This document shows positions 1-8,454 of a DNA stretch of 33,867 nucleotides, in pieces. Source of the stretch: Chthoniobacterales bacterium (GTDB lineage Bacteria > Verrucomicrobiota > Verrucomicrobiia > Chthoniobacterales > JACTMZ01); the NCBI GenBank assembly GCA_039807035.1, contig JBDHQL010000002.1, forward strand, positions 1 to 33,867, given 5' to 3'. The position numbers were made by a program, and so were the translations under genes. The notes beneath the pieces were generated by a model. The model saw only the letters and a program-made list of their open reading frames with translations. It had not been told where the DNA came from and made no database searches. The stretch's first letter is position 1, and each line of letters begins with the position of its first letter.

Positions 1-1560
1 CTAAAACGCAATGGCGTTAAAAAAGGTGATCGCGTCATTATTTACATGCCTCTCATTCCCGAGGCAGCGATTGCCATGCTGGCCTGTGCCCGCATTGGGG
101 CAGTACATTCGGTGATTTTCGGTGGTTTTAGTGCCGATAGCATTCGCGATCGCGTGGCCGATTGTGGCGCGACGTGTGTGGTGACAGCCGATGGCGGCTA
201 TCGCCGTGGTTCCATCGTGCCCCTCAAACAAAATGTGGATACCGCCCTTGCGGGAAATAAATCCGTTAAGAAGGTGATTGTCTATCGCCGCGCCAACAAC
301 GAAATCCCGATGACGAAAGGGCGCGATGTTTGGTGGCATGACGAAGTGAAGCACGTGAAGGCCGATTGCCCGATTGTACATCACGACAGCGAGCATCCGC
401 TTTTCGTTCTCTACACCAGCGGTTCCACAGGAAAACCCAAGGGCATCCTTCACACCACGGGCGGATTCCTTGTTCAAAATTATTCCACCAGCAAATACAT
501 TTTCGATTTGCGCGAGGATGACATCTATTGGTGTACGGCGGATGTGGGCTGGGTCACGGGGCACAGTTATCTTGTTTATGGGCCGCTTGCTGCCGGCGCG
601 ACGTGCTTCATGTATGAGGGCGCTCCTAATTGGCCAGAACCCGATCGTTTTTGGCAAATCATTGAGGAGTATGGAATTACGATTCTATACACGGCGCCAA
701 CCGCAATTCGTGCATTCATCAAATGGGGCGACGAATGGGTGGATAAACACGATCTTTCCTCCCTGCGGCTTTTAGGCTCTGTTGGCGAACCCATCAATCC
801 CGAAGCATGGATGTGGTATTATCGGAAAATCGGCGGCGAACGCTGTCCGATCGTGGACACATGGTGGCAAACGGAAACCGGTGCCATTATGATTTCTCCT
901 TTGCCCGGTGCCACGCCGCTGAAACCGGGAACCGCCACGCTGCCGTTCTTCGGAATTGATGCGGCGGTGGTAGATAATGACGGCAAGGAAGTTCCGGCTA
1001 ATGTCGGGGGCAAACTTGTGATTCGTCAGCCCTGGCCTTCCATGCTGCGAACCATCTACGGTGATCGTGCTCGCTATAAGAAAACTTATTGGGGCGAGAT
1101 TCCCGGGTTTTACGTGTCTGGTGATGGGGCGCGTCGAGATAAAGACGGCTATTTCTGGATTGTCGGGCGCCTCGATGACGTCCTCAATGTCGCTGGTCAT
1201 CGTCTAGGAACCTCGGAAATCGAAAGTGCGCTTGTGAGTCACGAGCAAGTGGCCGAAGCGGCAGCCGTTGGGCGTCCAGATGAGATTAAAGGCCAAGGTG
1301 TTGTGGTATTTGTGACCCTTAAAGCCGGCGTAAAACCCAGCAACGAACTTAAAGCCAATCTCCGCAACCACGTAGGTAAAGTGATCGGCGCCATCGCCAA
1401 GCCCGACGACATTCACTTTGCAGAAGCCCTGCCTAAAACCCGCAGCGGCAAGATCATGCGACGCCTCCTCAAAGAAATCGCCGCCGGTGGCGAAGTGAAA
1501 GGCGACGTAACCACGCTGGAAGATTACACTGTACTAGCCAAGCTCGGCGCACAAGAGTGA
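1..1560 (+). CDS. acs: Acetyl-CoA synthetase (AMP-forming), 5'-partial; the N-terminal part lies outside the window
   Basis: Frame 1 is open from nt 1 ([22 protein letters not shown]...), upstream of the ORF-track ATG at 46. Family motifs are present: [47 protein letters not shown] and [12 protein letters not shown]. Confidence 0.95.
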   Translation, partial: LKRNGVKKGDRVIIYMPLIPEAAIAMLACARIGAVHSVIFGGFSADSIRDRVADCGATCVVTADGGYRRGSIVPLKQNVDTALAGNKSVKKVIVYRRANNEIPMTKGRDVWWHDEVKHVKADCPIVHHDSEHPLFVLYTSGSTGKPKGILHTTGGFLVQNYSTSKYIFDLREDDIYWCTADVGWVTGHSYLVYGPLAAGATCFMYEGAPNWPEPDRFWQIIEEYGITILYTAPTAIRAFIKWGDEWVDKHDLSSLRLLGSVGEPINPEAWMWYYRKIGGERCPIVDTWWQTETGAIMISPLPGATPLKPGTATLPFFGIDAAVVDNDGKEVPANVGGKLVIRQPWPSMLRTIYGDRARYKKTYWGEIPGFYVSGDGARRDKDGYFWIVGRLDDVLNVAGHRLGTSEIESALVSHEQVAEAAAVGRPDEIKGQGVVVFVTLKAGVKPSNELKANLRNHVGKVIGAIAKPDDIHFAEALPKTRSGKIMRRLLKEIAAGGEVKGDVTTLEDYTVLAKLGAQE

Positions 1561-1575
1561 GAGGGCTTGGTAGAA

Positions 1576-1602
1576 TCGGACTGATCGGTCGGATCAGTCC
1601 GA
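1576..1602. terminator. Perfect 11-bp stem / 5-nt loop hairpin between convergent acs and mnmG; possible bidirectional terminator without a U-tract
   Basis: TCGGACTGATC (1576-1586), loop GGTCG, GATCAGTCCGA (1592-1602). It lies in the 110-bp gap between two convergent stop codons. No T-run follows on either strand, so terminator function is inferred from position only. Confidence 0.35.
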
Positions 1603-1670
1603 TCTGACCGATCTGGCCAGCTGGCTTGCGCGGCTGACGGGGCATAAGCTACCGCTCCTTTGTGCTTTGG

Positions 1671-3536
1671 CTAGCTGGCTTTGCGCCGCAGCCACACCGA
1701 GAGCAGCGCGATATCCGCAGGGGTCACGCCACTTATTCTCGAGGCTTGACCGAGGGTAGTCGGGCGCACTTGGGTGAGCTTTTGGCGGGATTCGCTGCGG
1801 AGGCCCGGGATGGTGGTGTAATCCCATGTTGTGGGAATGGGCTGGCTCTCTTGACGCTGCTGACGCGCTACGGCTTCCATTTCGCGGCGGATGTAGCCCT
1901 CGTATTTGATGTCGTTTTCAACCTGGGCCCAAATGTCGCCCGACGCCCACGCACGCATGTTTTGTGGGAGCTGAGATGTGAAGTTTTCCGGTCGGCGAAA
2001 CCACTGATGAAGCGACGTGCCATTGTAACGCTCAGCTTTGATTCGTTGTATGAGGGCTCTAATAGATTCGCGTTTTACCAAACAGCGGGTGTGCTGTTTT
2101 TCGGAAATGAGACCTGCGTCACGGGCTTTGTCTGCGAGGCGCAGGTCTGCGTTGTCCTGACGAAGCAGGAGGCGAAACTCGGCACGGCTGGTGAACATCC
2201 GGTAAGGTTCTCGGGTTCCGCGTGTAACCAAATCATCAATGAGAACCCCAATGTACCCCTCGGACCGTTCCACGTGGAACGCGGGCTTGTTGTCGAGTTT
2301 GAGTGCCGCATTGGCACCGGCGATAAGCCCCTGTGCGGCGGCTTCTTCATAACCGGAGGTGCCGTTGATCTGACCTGCGAGATAAAGGCCTTCAATTGCA
2401 CGGGTTTCGAGCGTTGGCTGAAGTTGGGTGGGCGGGCAATAATCATACTCCACAGCGTAACCGGCACGGAGAATGTGGGCGTTTTCGAGTCCAGTTACAG
2501 ACCGCACAAGTGCCAATTGTACTTCAAACGGCAAGCTTGTGGAGAGCCCATTGACATAATACTCGCCCGTCTGACGCCCTTCGGGCTCCAGAAAAATCTG
2601 ATGACGGTCTTTATCGGCAAATCGAACGATTTTATCTTCGATGGAGGGGCAATACCGCGTTCCCGTTCCCTCGATAATGCCCGCGTACATGGGGGATTTG
2701 TCGAGATTGTTTCGGATAATGGCGTGGGTTTTCTCGTTGGTGTAGGTGATCCAGCAAGGAAGTTGTTCCACGTGGAACTTTCCATCAGCCCAGCGATTGA
2801 GGTCAAAGGGGCCGTATTCGTGAGGGTTATCTTCGGGGTGAAAGGCAAAAGTTGGCGGAGGCGTGTCGCCATCTTGTTGTTGACACTTCGTAAAATCAAT
2901 GGAGCGTCCGAGCAGGCGGCAGGGCGTGCCGGTTTTGAACCGCTCGATCGCGAGGCCGAGGTGTTTCAAAGAATCGCTTAATGTCGAAACAGCATCGCCC
3001 ATGCGTCCGCCGGCAGTATTTTGCAATCCCACATGAAGCAGCCCCCGCATGAAGGTGCCGGTGGTGACAATCACGGCTTTCGCTCGATAACGAAGTCCGA
3101 GATTGGTTTCGACACCGCTGACGCGGCCATTTTTGGTGAGGATAGTGACAGCGTTCCCTTGGAGTAAATGCAGATTCGAGGTGTTTTCTAACACCCATTT
3201 CATGCGGAACTGGTAGGCTTTTTTATCGCATTGGGCGCGGGGAGCTTGGACGCTAGGCCCTTTTCGAGCGTTGAGCATACGGAATTGAATACCCGTGGCG
3301 TCCGTATTGTGCGCCATCGCTCCGCCAAGGGCGTCAATCTCCCGAACCATATGCCCCTTGGCCATGCCGCCAATTGCCGGGTTGCACGACATTTGGGCGA
3401 TGGTGTCCAAATTTTGCGTTAGAACACCTGTATGCGCCCCAAGCCGCGCCGCCGCCAGTCCCGCTTCAACCCCGGCATGACCGGCGCCCAGAACTAGGAC
3501 ATCAAAAGTTTCGGGATATTCGTAAATACTGCTCAT
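1671..3536 (-). CDS. mnmG: tRNA uridine 5-carboxymethylaminomethyl modification enzyme MnmG (GidA)
   Basis: 621 aa. N-terminal FAD Rossmann fold DVLVLGAGHAGVEAGLAAARLG. Also MSCNPAIGGMAKGHMVREIDALGG, TRYCPSIEDK, GQINGTSGYEEAAAQG, EPYRMFTSRAEFRL and C-terminal ISGVTPADIALL. Collinear with E. coli MnmG as I remember it. Confidence 0.97.
   Translation of the reverse strand: MSSIYEYPETFDVLVLGAGHAGVEAGLAAARLGAHTGVLTQNLDTIAQMSCNPAIGGMAKGHMVREIDALGGAMAHNTDATGIQFRMLNARKGPSVQAPRAQCDKKAYQFRMKWVLENTSNLHLLQGNAVTILTKNGRVSGVETNLGLRYRAKAVIVTTGTFMRGLLHVGLQNTAGGRMGDAVSTLSDSLKHLGLAIERFKTGTPCRLLGRSIDFTKCQQQDGDTPPPTFAFHPEDNPHEYGPFDLNRWADGKFHVEQLPCWITYTNEKTHAIIRNNLDKSPMYAGIIEGTGTRYCPSIEDKIVRFADKDRHQIFLEPEGRQTGEYYVNGLSTSLPFEVQLALVRSVTGLENAHILRAGYAVEYDYCPPTQLQPTLETRAIEGLYLAGQINGTSGYEEAAAQGLIAGANAALKLDNKPAFHVERSEGYIGVLIDDLVTRGTREPYRMFTSRAEFRLLLRQDNADLRLADKARDAGLISEKQHTRCLVKRESIRALIQRIKAERYNGTSLHQWFRRPENFTSQLPQNMRAWASGDIWAQVENDIKYEGYIRREMEAVARQQRQESQPIPTTWDYTTIPGLRSESRQKLTQVRPTTLGQASRISGVTPADIALLSVWLRRKAS
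2267..2280. repeat. Copy 1 of perfect 14-bp palindrome GTTCCACGTGGAAC (16 bp perfect with flanks, CGTTCCACGTGGAACG, 2266-2281), inside mnmG
   Basis: Read directly. Encodes FHVE (TTC CAC GTG GAA) in the mnmG frame. Confidence 0.9.
2765..2778. repeat. Copy 2 of perfect 14-bp palindrome GTTCCACGTGGAAC, inside mnmG
   Basis: Read directly. Again encodes FHVE with identical codons in the mnmG frame. Confidence 0.9.
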
Positions 3537-3545
3537 GAAATGAAT

Positions 3546-3559
3546 GTTCCACGTGGAAC
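3546..3559. repeat. Copy 3 of perfect 14-bp palindrome GTTCCACGTGGAAC, non-coding, 9 nt upstream of the mnmG ATG
   Basis: Read directly. The wider context AACGTTCCACGTGGAACATT is a 20-bp palindrome with one mismatched pair. It sits in the cdd-mnmG spacer, over the mnmG translation-initiation region. Confidence 0.9.
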
Positions 3560-3753
3560 GTTGAGAGTGGGCTAATTCTTAGAAGGGTGGGATGGGGGGG
3601 AACCCTTGGGGTATTCCAAGCCATTGATTGGTTAGGGAGCTCGGGCGTTTTCTCTGTGTGTTTTATTCGATCACAGGCGCGACGCCTGTGCCCCCTGGCT
3701 TTTGGGGTCGGTGGGTTTAGCGGAACTAATTGCCACATAACACGATGAGTTTC

Positions 3754-4155
3754 TTAGGCGTGCCCTAAAATACCTTTGCTGGGGCGCGGGAGAAGCTCGG
3801 ATAAAAGAAAACGTTCTGATTTTCCGTGAAAGTTGGCGAGGATGATTTCTAAGCTGGGATTGAATTCAGCCAAAACTTGCCGGCAGGCACCGCAGGGCGA
3901 GATAGGTTCCTCGGTGTCGGCGGTAATGGCGATTCTTGTAAACTCGCGGCAACCGGCGGCAACCGCTGCAAAAACTGCACTGCGCTCGGCGCAGATGGTG
4001 AGGCCATAGCTAAGGTTTTCGACATTGCATCCACAGAAGATGCGGCCATCGGCGGTCAAGAGTGCCGCACCGACAGAAAATTGAGAATAGGGAGCGTAAG
4101 CATGTGATGACGCCTGTATGGCCATTGTAATTAGCTGGACATCATGAGTTTGCAT
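3754..4155 (-). CDS. cdd: Cytidine deaminase (homotetrameric type, about 133 aa)
   Basis: Zinc-ligand motifs CAERSA and PCGACRQ. AYAPYSQFSVGAALL aligns with B. subtilis Cdd, whose N-terminus supports ATG 4155 (MQTHDVQLIT...). The ORF-track start at 4221 would add 22 unmatched residues. Confidence 0.9.
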   Translation of the reverse strand: MQTHDVQLITMAIQASSHAYAPYSQFSVGAALLTADGRIFCGCNVENLSYGLTICAERSAVFAAVAAGCREFTRIAITADTEEPISPCGACRQVLAEFNPSLEIILANFHGKSERFLLSELLPRPSKGILGHA

Positions 4156-4366
4156 CTTGTAAATGAGCGGGCTTGGTGAAGATTTGGGTTTTGGTGCGTG
4201 AAGGCTCGTCATTGTAGGCATTTTGTGCGAAGTTGCAAGCTTGCTTGTGGGAGAGGTTGTGATGGGACGAATGGGACGGGGTGGACAGACAGGACGGATG
4301 GAGCGTGATGGTTGTGGCTCTTTGTTGTTGCCAAGGGAGCTTTGATTTGTAAAATATGCCTCCCTT

Positions 4367-5533
4367 TTGCAATGGCAACGCCGGGCGTTTTCATTGGGAG
4401 AGGGGGAGACATTTGAATGTCGTGACTCGATTTTTTATCTCGTGACCACAGCCCAACTTGAGAAGACCGAACACTCCGTGGATGACTTTGCCAAGGCATC
4501 AGTCAATGGCAGCCTGACCTCGGAGCAAAAGCTAGATTTTTTGCGCGATATGCTGCGCATCCGCCGCTTCGAGCAGGCGTCCTTGAAGCTTTATCAGCAG
4601 GGGAAAATGGGTGGATTTTTGCATCTCTACATTGGGCAGGAATCCGTGGCGGTGGGGACTTGTTCGCTCCTCACGCCGGATGATCATTGCATTACGGCTT
4701 ATCGTGAGCATGGACATGCGATTGTGATGGGCATGACGATGGATGAGTGCATGGCGGAACTTCTCGGAAAATCTACGGGTTGTTCGAAAGGCAAAGGCGG
4801 CTCGATGCACTTTTTTGCGCCGGATAAAAATTTTTGGGGCGGCCATGGGATTGTGGCAGGGCAGACGCCGATTGGTGCGGGGATTGCATTTGCTTTAAAA
4901 TATCGCGGGGAGAAAGGGTGCTGCTTGACGTTCCTCGGCGATGGCGCGGTGAATCAAGGGGTCTTTCACGAGACACTCAACATTGCGGCTCTTTGGGGTT
5001 TGCCGGTGGTTTTTATCATCGAAAACAACGGCTATTCCATGGGCACGAGCCTTGCGCGATCATCGTCCATTCGTTCCTGCCTTGCGGAGCGGGCGAATGC
5101 TTATGCCATGGATTGGGACATCGTGAATGGGGAGAATCTTTACGAGGTGCGGGCTAAGACAGCAGATGCTATCGCGCGTGCTCGGGAAGAAAGCAAGCCG
5201 ACATTGCTCGAGATAAATACCTATCGCTATTACGGACATTCGGTAGCTGATGCCAACACCAAGAAATACCGCAAGGCCGAGGAGATTGAATTTTACAAAC
5301 AAAACCACGATCCCATTCGTTTATGGGAAAAACAGCTGAAAGCGGAGGGCGTTGCGGATGATGAAAAAATTGCCGCCATTGACCACGAGGCGCGGCAGGA
5401 GGCAGCGCGTTCCGTACAGTTTGCCGAAGAGAGCCCGTTCCCCGAACTCCAAGAAATTTTTGACGATGTATATTTCGAGGTGGATCAGGGATCGGAAGCC
5501 GGACGCACAGGGCGTCATTTTTTTAACGACTGA
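4367..5533 (+). CDS. pdhA: Pyruvate dehydrogenase E1 component, alpha subunit
   Basis: GFLHLYIGQESVAVG, GKGGSMHF, TPP-binding GDGAVNQGVFHETLNIAALWGLPVVFIIENNGYSMGT, YRYYGHSVAD. The start is uncertain: 4367 is a TTG, and an in-frame GTG at 4442 would give a more typical length. There is no in-frame ATG before the conserved core. Confidence 0.92.
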   Translation: MQWQRRAFSLGEGETFECRDSIFYLVTTAQLEKTEHSVDDFAKASVNGSLTSEQKLDFLRDMLRIRRFEQASLKLYQQGKMGGFLHLYIGQESVAVGTCSLLTPDDHCITAYREHGHAIVMGMTMDECMAELLGKSTGCSKGKGGSMHFFAPDKNFWGGHGIVAGQTPIGAGIAFALKYRGEKGCCLTFLGDGAVNQGVFHETLNIAALWGLPVVFIIENNGYSMGTSLARSSSIRSCLAERANAYAMDWDIVNGENLYEVRAKTADAIARAREESKPTLLEINTYRYYGHSVADANTKKYRKAEEIEFYKQNHDPIRLWEKQLKAEGVADDEKIAAIDHEARQEAARSVQFAEESPFPELQEIFDDVYFEVDQGSEAGRTGRHFFND

Positions 5534-5566
5534 TTTTTTTCCTACATAATTTTTCAAATTCCAAGC

Positions 5567-6544
5567 ATGCCCGTCATTACTTATCGCCAAGCTCTCAACG
5601 CTGCACTTTCCGAAGAACTCACTCGCGACGAAAATGTCGTTATCATTGGCGAGGAAGTTGCTGAGTATAATGGCGCCTACAAAATCACCGAAGGGTTGTG
5701 GAAAAAATTTGGCTCGCGGCGCATTGTGGATACGCCCATCAGCGAAGGGGGATTTCTCGGTCTCGGCGTGGGTGCGGCGATGATGGGATTGCGTCCGGTG
5801 ATGGAGCTAATGTTTTGGAGTTTTGCCTACGTAGGCTTTGACCAAATCATCAACAATGCCGGCTGCATTCGTTACATGTCGGGTGGCCTTATTAATTTGC
5901 CGCTGGTCATTCGTGGCCCTGCGAATGGCGGGACAAATGTTGGTGCGACCCACTCCCACACGCCGGAAAATTTTCTCGCCAACACGCCCGGACTTAAAGT
6001 GGTTTCTCCGGCGACGCCTTATGATGCCAAGGGGCTGATGAAAACTTCCATTCGTGATAACGACCCCGTTTGTTTTATGGAAAACACCTTGCTTTATGGC
6101 GATCTAGGCGAGGTTCCCGAGGAGGAATATACCATTCCGCTGGGTGTGGCCGATGTGAAGCGGGAAGGGAAGGATGTTTCGCTCATCGGACATGGACGTG
6201 CGGTCATCACGGCCTTGCGTGCGGCGGAGCATTTGGAGGAGGAATTTAATATCTCTGCGGAAGTTGTGGACTTGCGTACCATTCGTCCGCTCGATGAAGA
6301 AACCATTCTCACGAGCGTACGCAAAACGCACCGCGCCGTGCTGGTGGATGAGAACAAACCGTTTTGCGGCGTGTCCGCGCAAATTGCGACCATGATTCAA
6401 GAGCAGGCTTTCGATGATCTCGATGCGCCCGTCACGCGTGTTTGTGCGCTCGATGCGCCCGCAATTTACAGTCCGCCGCTGGAAGAACATCAATTGCCCA
6501 CGGCAGACCGTATTATCGAAAAAGTTCTCGCCGTTTGCGGATGA
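5567..6544 (+). CDS. pdhB: Pyruvate dehydrogenase E1 component, beta subunit
   Basis: 325 aa. Transketolase-like pyrimidine-binding domain (VVIIGEEVAEYNGAYKITEGLWKKFG, RIVDTPISEGGF) and C-terminal domain (DVSLIGHGRAV, VVDLRTIRPLD). Confidence 0.95.
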   Translation: MPVITYRQALNAALSEELTRDENVVIIGEEVAEYNGAYKITEGLWKKFGSRRIVDTPISEGGFLGLGVGAAMMGLRPVMELMFWSFAYVGFDQIINNAGCIRYMSGGLINLPLVIRGPANGGTNVGATHSHTPENFLANTPGLKVVSPATPYDAKGLMKTSIRDNDPVCFMENTLLYGDLGEVPEEEYTIPLGVADVKREGKDVSLIGHGRAVITALRAAEHLEEEFNISAEVVDLRTIRPLDEETILTSVRKTHRAVLVDENKPFCGVSAQIATMIQEQAFDDLDAPVTRVCALDAPAIYSPPLEEHQLPTADRIIEKVLAVCG

Positions 6545-6594
6545 TGCCACATTTACCCTTTTAACTTTCACCTTTTCACCTTTCACTTTTCGTT

Positions 6595-7845
6595 ATGCCG
6601 GTTGTAACCATGCCCAAACTCAGCGACACCATGGTCGAGGGAACCCTCACCCGTTGGTGCAAAGCCGTAGGCGATAAAATCGAAACGGGAGAAGTTTTAG
6701 CTGAAGTCGAAACCGATAAGGCCACGATGGAAATGGAGGCGTTTGATGACGGAACAATTTCGGAATTTTACGTCAAACCCGGACAAGTTGTGAAAATTGG
6801 CGATCGTATTGCCCTCATTCTTGCGGAGGGCGAAACGGCAGGAAGTGCCGCAGATGCACCCGAGGAAAAGCCCACAACTTCCGCCGCAAAACCCGGTCGC
6901 CCCACAGCCGCCCGCGTGGCGTTGCCAAAAGCGCCGTCACCAACAGCACGCGCTGTGGCAAGTTCCGCACGAGTGAAAGCGTCACCCTTAGCCCGCAAAA
7001 TTGCGGCAGCGCGGGGAATTAATCTTGCGACCCTTGTTGGCACTGGGCCAAGCGGACGCATCGTGAAGCGCGATGTAGAAAATGCTCCTATGGGTGGAGG
7101 CAGTGCCGTTTCTTCACAGCCTCTCATTCGTGCCATGCGCGGAATTGCTGGAGAAGAAAAAGTGATTCCTCTCACCGGAATGCGCAAAACGATTGCGGAG
7201 CGACTGCTCGCAAGTAAGACGCAGATTCCGCATTTTTATTTGAGCGTGACGGTGGATGGTGGCCCGCTCATGGAACTTCGCAAAGAACTCAATGCGATGG
7301 CGGAAAAAAATGCCGGCGAAAAACTCACGATCAATGATTTCATTCTTCTTGCGGCGGCGCGTGCTGCGGCTGAAGTTCCGAAAATCAATGCGGCCTTCGA
7401 TGGCGATGCGATTGTCGAATTTTCTGAGGTCAATCTCGGGGTGGCGGTCGCCATTGAAGACGGCCTTATCACGCCGGTCATTCGTAAGGCCAACTTGCTT
7501 TCCCTGCGCGAAATCAGTGCGCAAATGAAAGAGCTTGCGATCAAAGCGCGGGATAAAAAATTGAAGCCCGAAGAATACCAAGGCGGCACGATTACGCTCT
7601 CAAGTTTGGGTGGTTTTGGGATTGAAGATTTCCTGCCCATCATTAACCCCCCGCAATCTTTCATTCTTGGTATTGGTGCCATTACGAAACAACCCGTCGT
7701 CACCGAACATGATTTGGTTACCGTCGGTCATCGTCTCGTGATTTCCGCCAGCGGCGATCATCGGGTGATTGATGGTGCCGTTGCCGCCGGTTACATGAAC
7801 GCCCTGCGCCGCCTCGTCGAAAAACCGGCATTGCTGCTGATGTAG
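6595..7845 (+). CDS. pdhC: Dihydrolipoamide acetyltransferase, E2 component of the pyruvate dehydrogenase complex (single lipoyl domain)
   Basis: Lipoyl-lysine motif EVETDKATMEMEAFDDG, an Ala/Pro-rich linker, subunit-binding domain ASPLARKIAAARGINLATLVGTGPSGRIVKRDV, and catalytic SGDHRVIDGA. Confidence 0.95.
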   Translation: MPVVTMPKLSDTMVEGTLTRWCKAVGDKIETGEVLAEVETDKATMEMEAFDDGTISEFYVKPGQVVKIGDRIALILAEGETAGSAADAPEEKPTTSAAKPGRPTAARVALPKAPSPTARAVASSARVKASPLARKIAAARGINLATLVGTGPSGRIVKRDVENAPMGGGSAVSSQPLIRAMRGIAGEEKVIPLTGMRKTIAERLLASKTQIPHFYLSVTVDGGPLMELRKELNAMAEKNAGEKLTINDFILLAAARAAAEVPKINAAFDGDAIVEFSEVNLGVAVAIEDGLITPVIRKANLLSLREISAQMKELAIKARDKKLKPEEYQGGTITLSSLGGFGIEDFLPIINPPQSFILGIGAITKQPVVTEHDLVTVGHRLVISASGDHRVIDGAVAAGYMNALRRLVEKPALLLM

Positions 7846-8142
7846 TTTGCAGCGGAGAAGTCTCGCGCAGAGCTTCAGTGAGAGCCTCCTTGCGGCCTTC
7901 GGGAACATTCTCCGCACAAGAGAGAAGTAGGTAGCGCGTGCCTTTGAGATATTTTTGCCCGAGGATGTCGGCCTCACGTTGTAGTCCCCGACGCAGGTCA
8001 TCAATCTTCTCGTTGACCAGCTTGATCACATGAAAATGGTCAAAGACCACATCAACTTTCGGCAAGTGCTTGAGCACGGCTCCCCAGTAGGCAGCGGCCA
8101 TATCACAGGCGACGGCTTGAATCTTGGCTCGGCTCTGGCGCA
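7846..8142 (-). pseudogene. ISL3-family transposase fragment (central part only)
   Basis: The minus-strand translation KIQAVACDMAAAYWGAVLKHLPKVDVVFDHFHVIKLVNEKIDDLRR...YLKGTRYLLLSCAENVPEGRKEAL matches the central DDE region of ISL3 transposases. The N-terminal and C-terminal thirds are absent. The ORF-track extension to 7718 is read-through into the pdhC antisense strand. Fragment ends are approximate; the junction with the next fragment is near 8140-8150. Confidence 0.7.
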
Positions 8143-8379
8143 CACGCCTACGAGGGCGATGAAATTCGACAACTGGCACGCGACTTGAAATTGACTCCCG
8201 TTGTTCCGCCCAAGGTCAATCGTCGTAGCCCTTGGGATTACGACAAGGAACTTTATAAAAGGCGTAACGAAGTTGAGAGACTCTTTCGCAGGCTTAAGGG
8301 CTTGCGTAGAATATTTACCCGCTTTGAAAAGCTTGATGAAATGTTCATAGCATTCATCACCATTGCTCTGATATACTAA
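8143..8379 (+). pseudogene. IS5-family (DDE_Tnp_1) transposase fragment, C-terminal about 78 aa only
   Basis: The frame reads ...HAYEGDEIRQLARDLKLTPVVPPKVNRRSPWDYDKELYKRRNEVERLFRRLKGLRRIFTRFEKLDEMFIAFITIALIY. This carries the YK-RN-VER-F--LK--R-I-TR-(D/E)K signature of IS5-group transposase C-termini. There is no ATG (the ORF track starts at a TTG) and the N-terminal two-thirds are missing. Confidence 0.7.
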
Positions 8380-8454
8380 GCAATTTTACCTTAACAGGCC
8401 CTAGTCTAAAAAAGAGCGCAACTTTTGCAATGTCGTGGTGTTAGACTGTACACC

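Noticed and set aside
146-155. CGCGATCGCG palindrome (contains the HIP1-like GCGATCGC)
   Set aside because: It is a single coding occurrence inside acs. I saw no over-representation elsewhere in the window.
1662-2981. 439-aa plus-strand ORF
   Set aside because: It lies entirely antisense to the well-supported mnmG CDS. The sequence is low-complexity, Arg/Gly/Val-rich and without motifs, which is a typical shadow ORF of a GC-biased gene.
2266-3559. Reading the GTTCCACGTGGAAC sites as LexA (SOS) boxes
   Set aside because: The GTTC/GAAC arms recall LexA-type half-sites. As I recall, Verrucomicrobia use TGTTC-N4-GAACA and Gram-positives use GAAC-N4-GTTC. Here the arms are separated by 6 nt, and the spacer CACGTG is invariant in all three copies, so the whole 14-mer is the conserved unit. 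mnmG is also not an expected SOS gene.
3594-3600. G7 homopolymer in the cdd-mnmG spacer as a phase-variation tract
   Set aside because: Seven residues is short for slipped-strand switching, and the tract is not positioned between recognisable promoter elements. T7 runs elsewhere (5533-5540, and coding ones in valS and nuoH) are equally unremarkable.
7718-7845. ORF-track extension of the ISL3-like ORF into pdhC
   Set aside because: The transposase similarity ends at about 7846. The remaining 40 codons are an Arg-rich read-through antisense to the pdhC 3' end.
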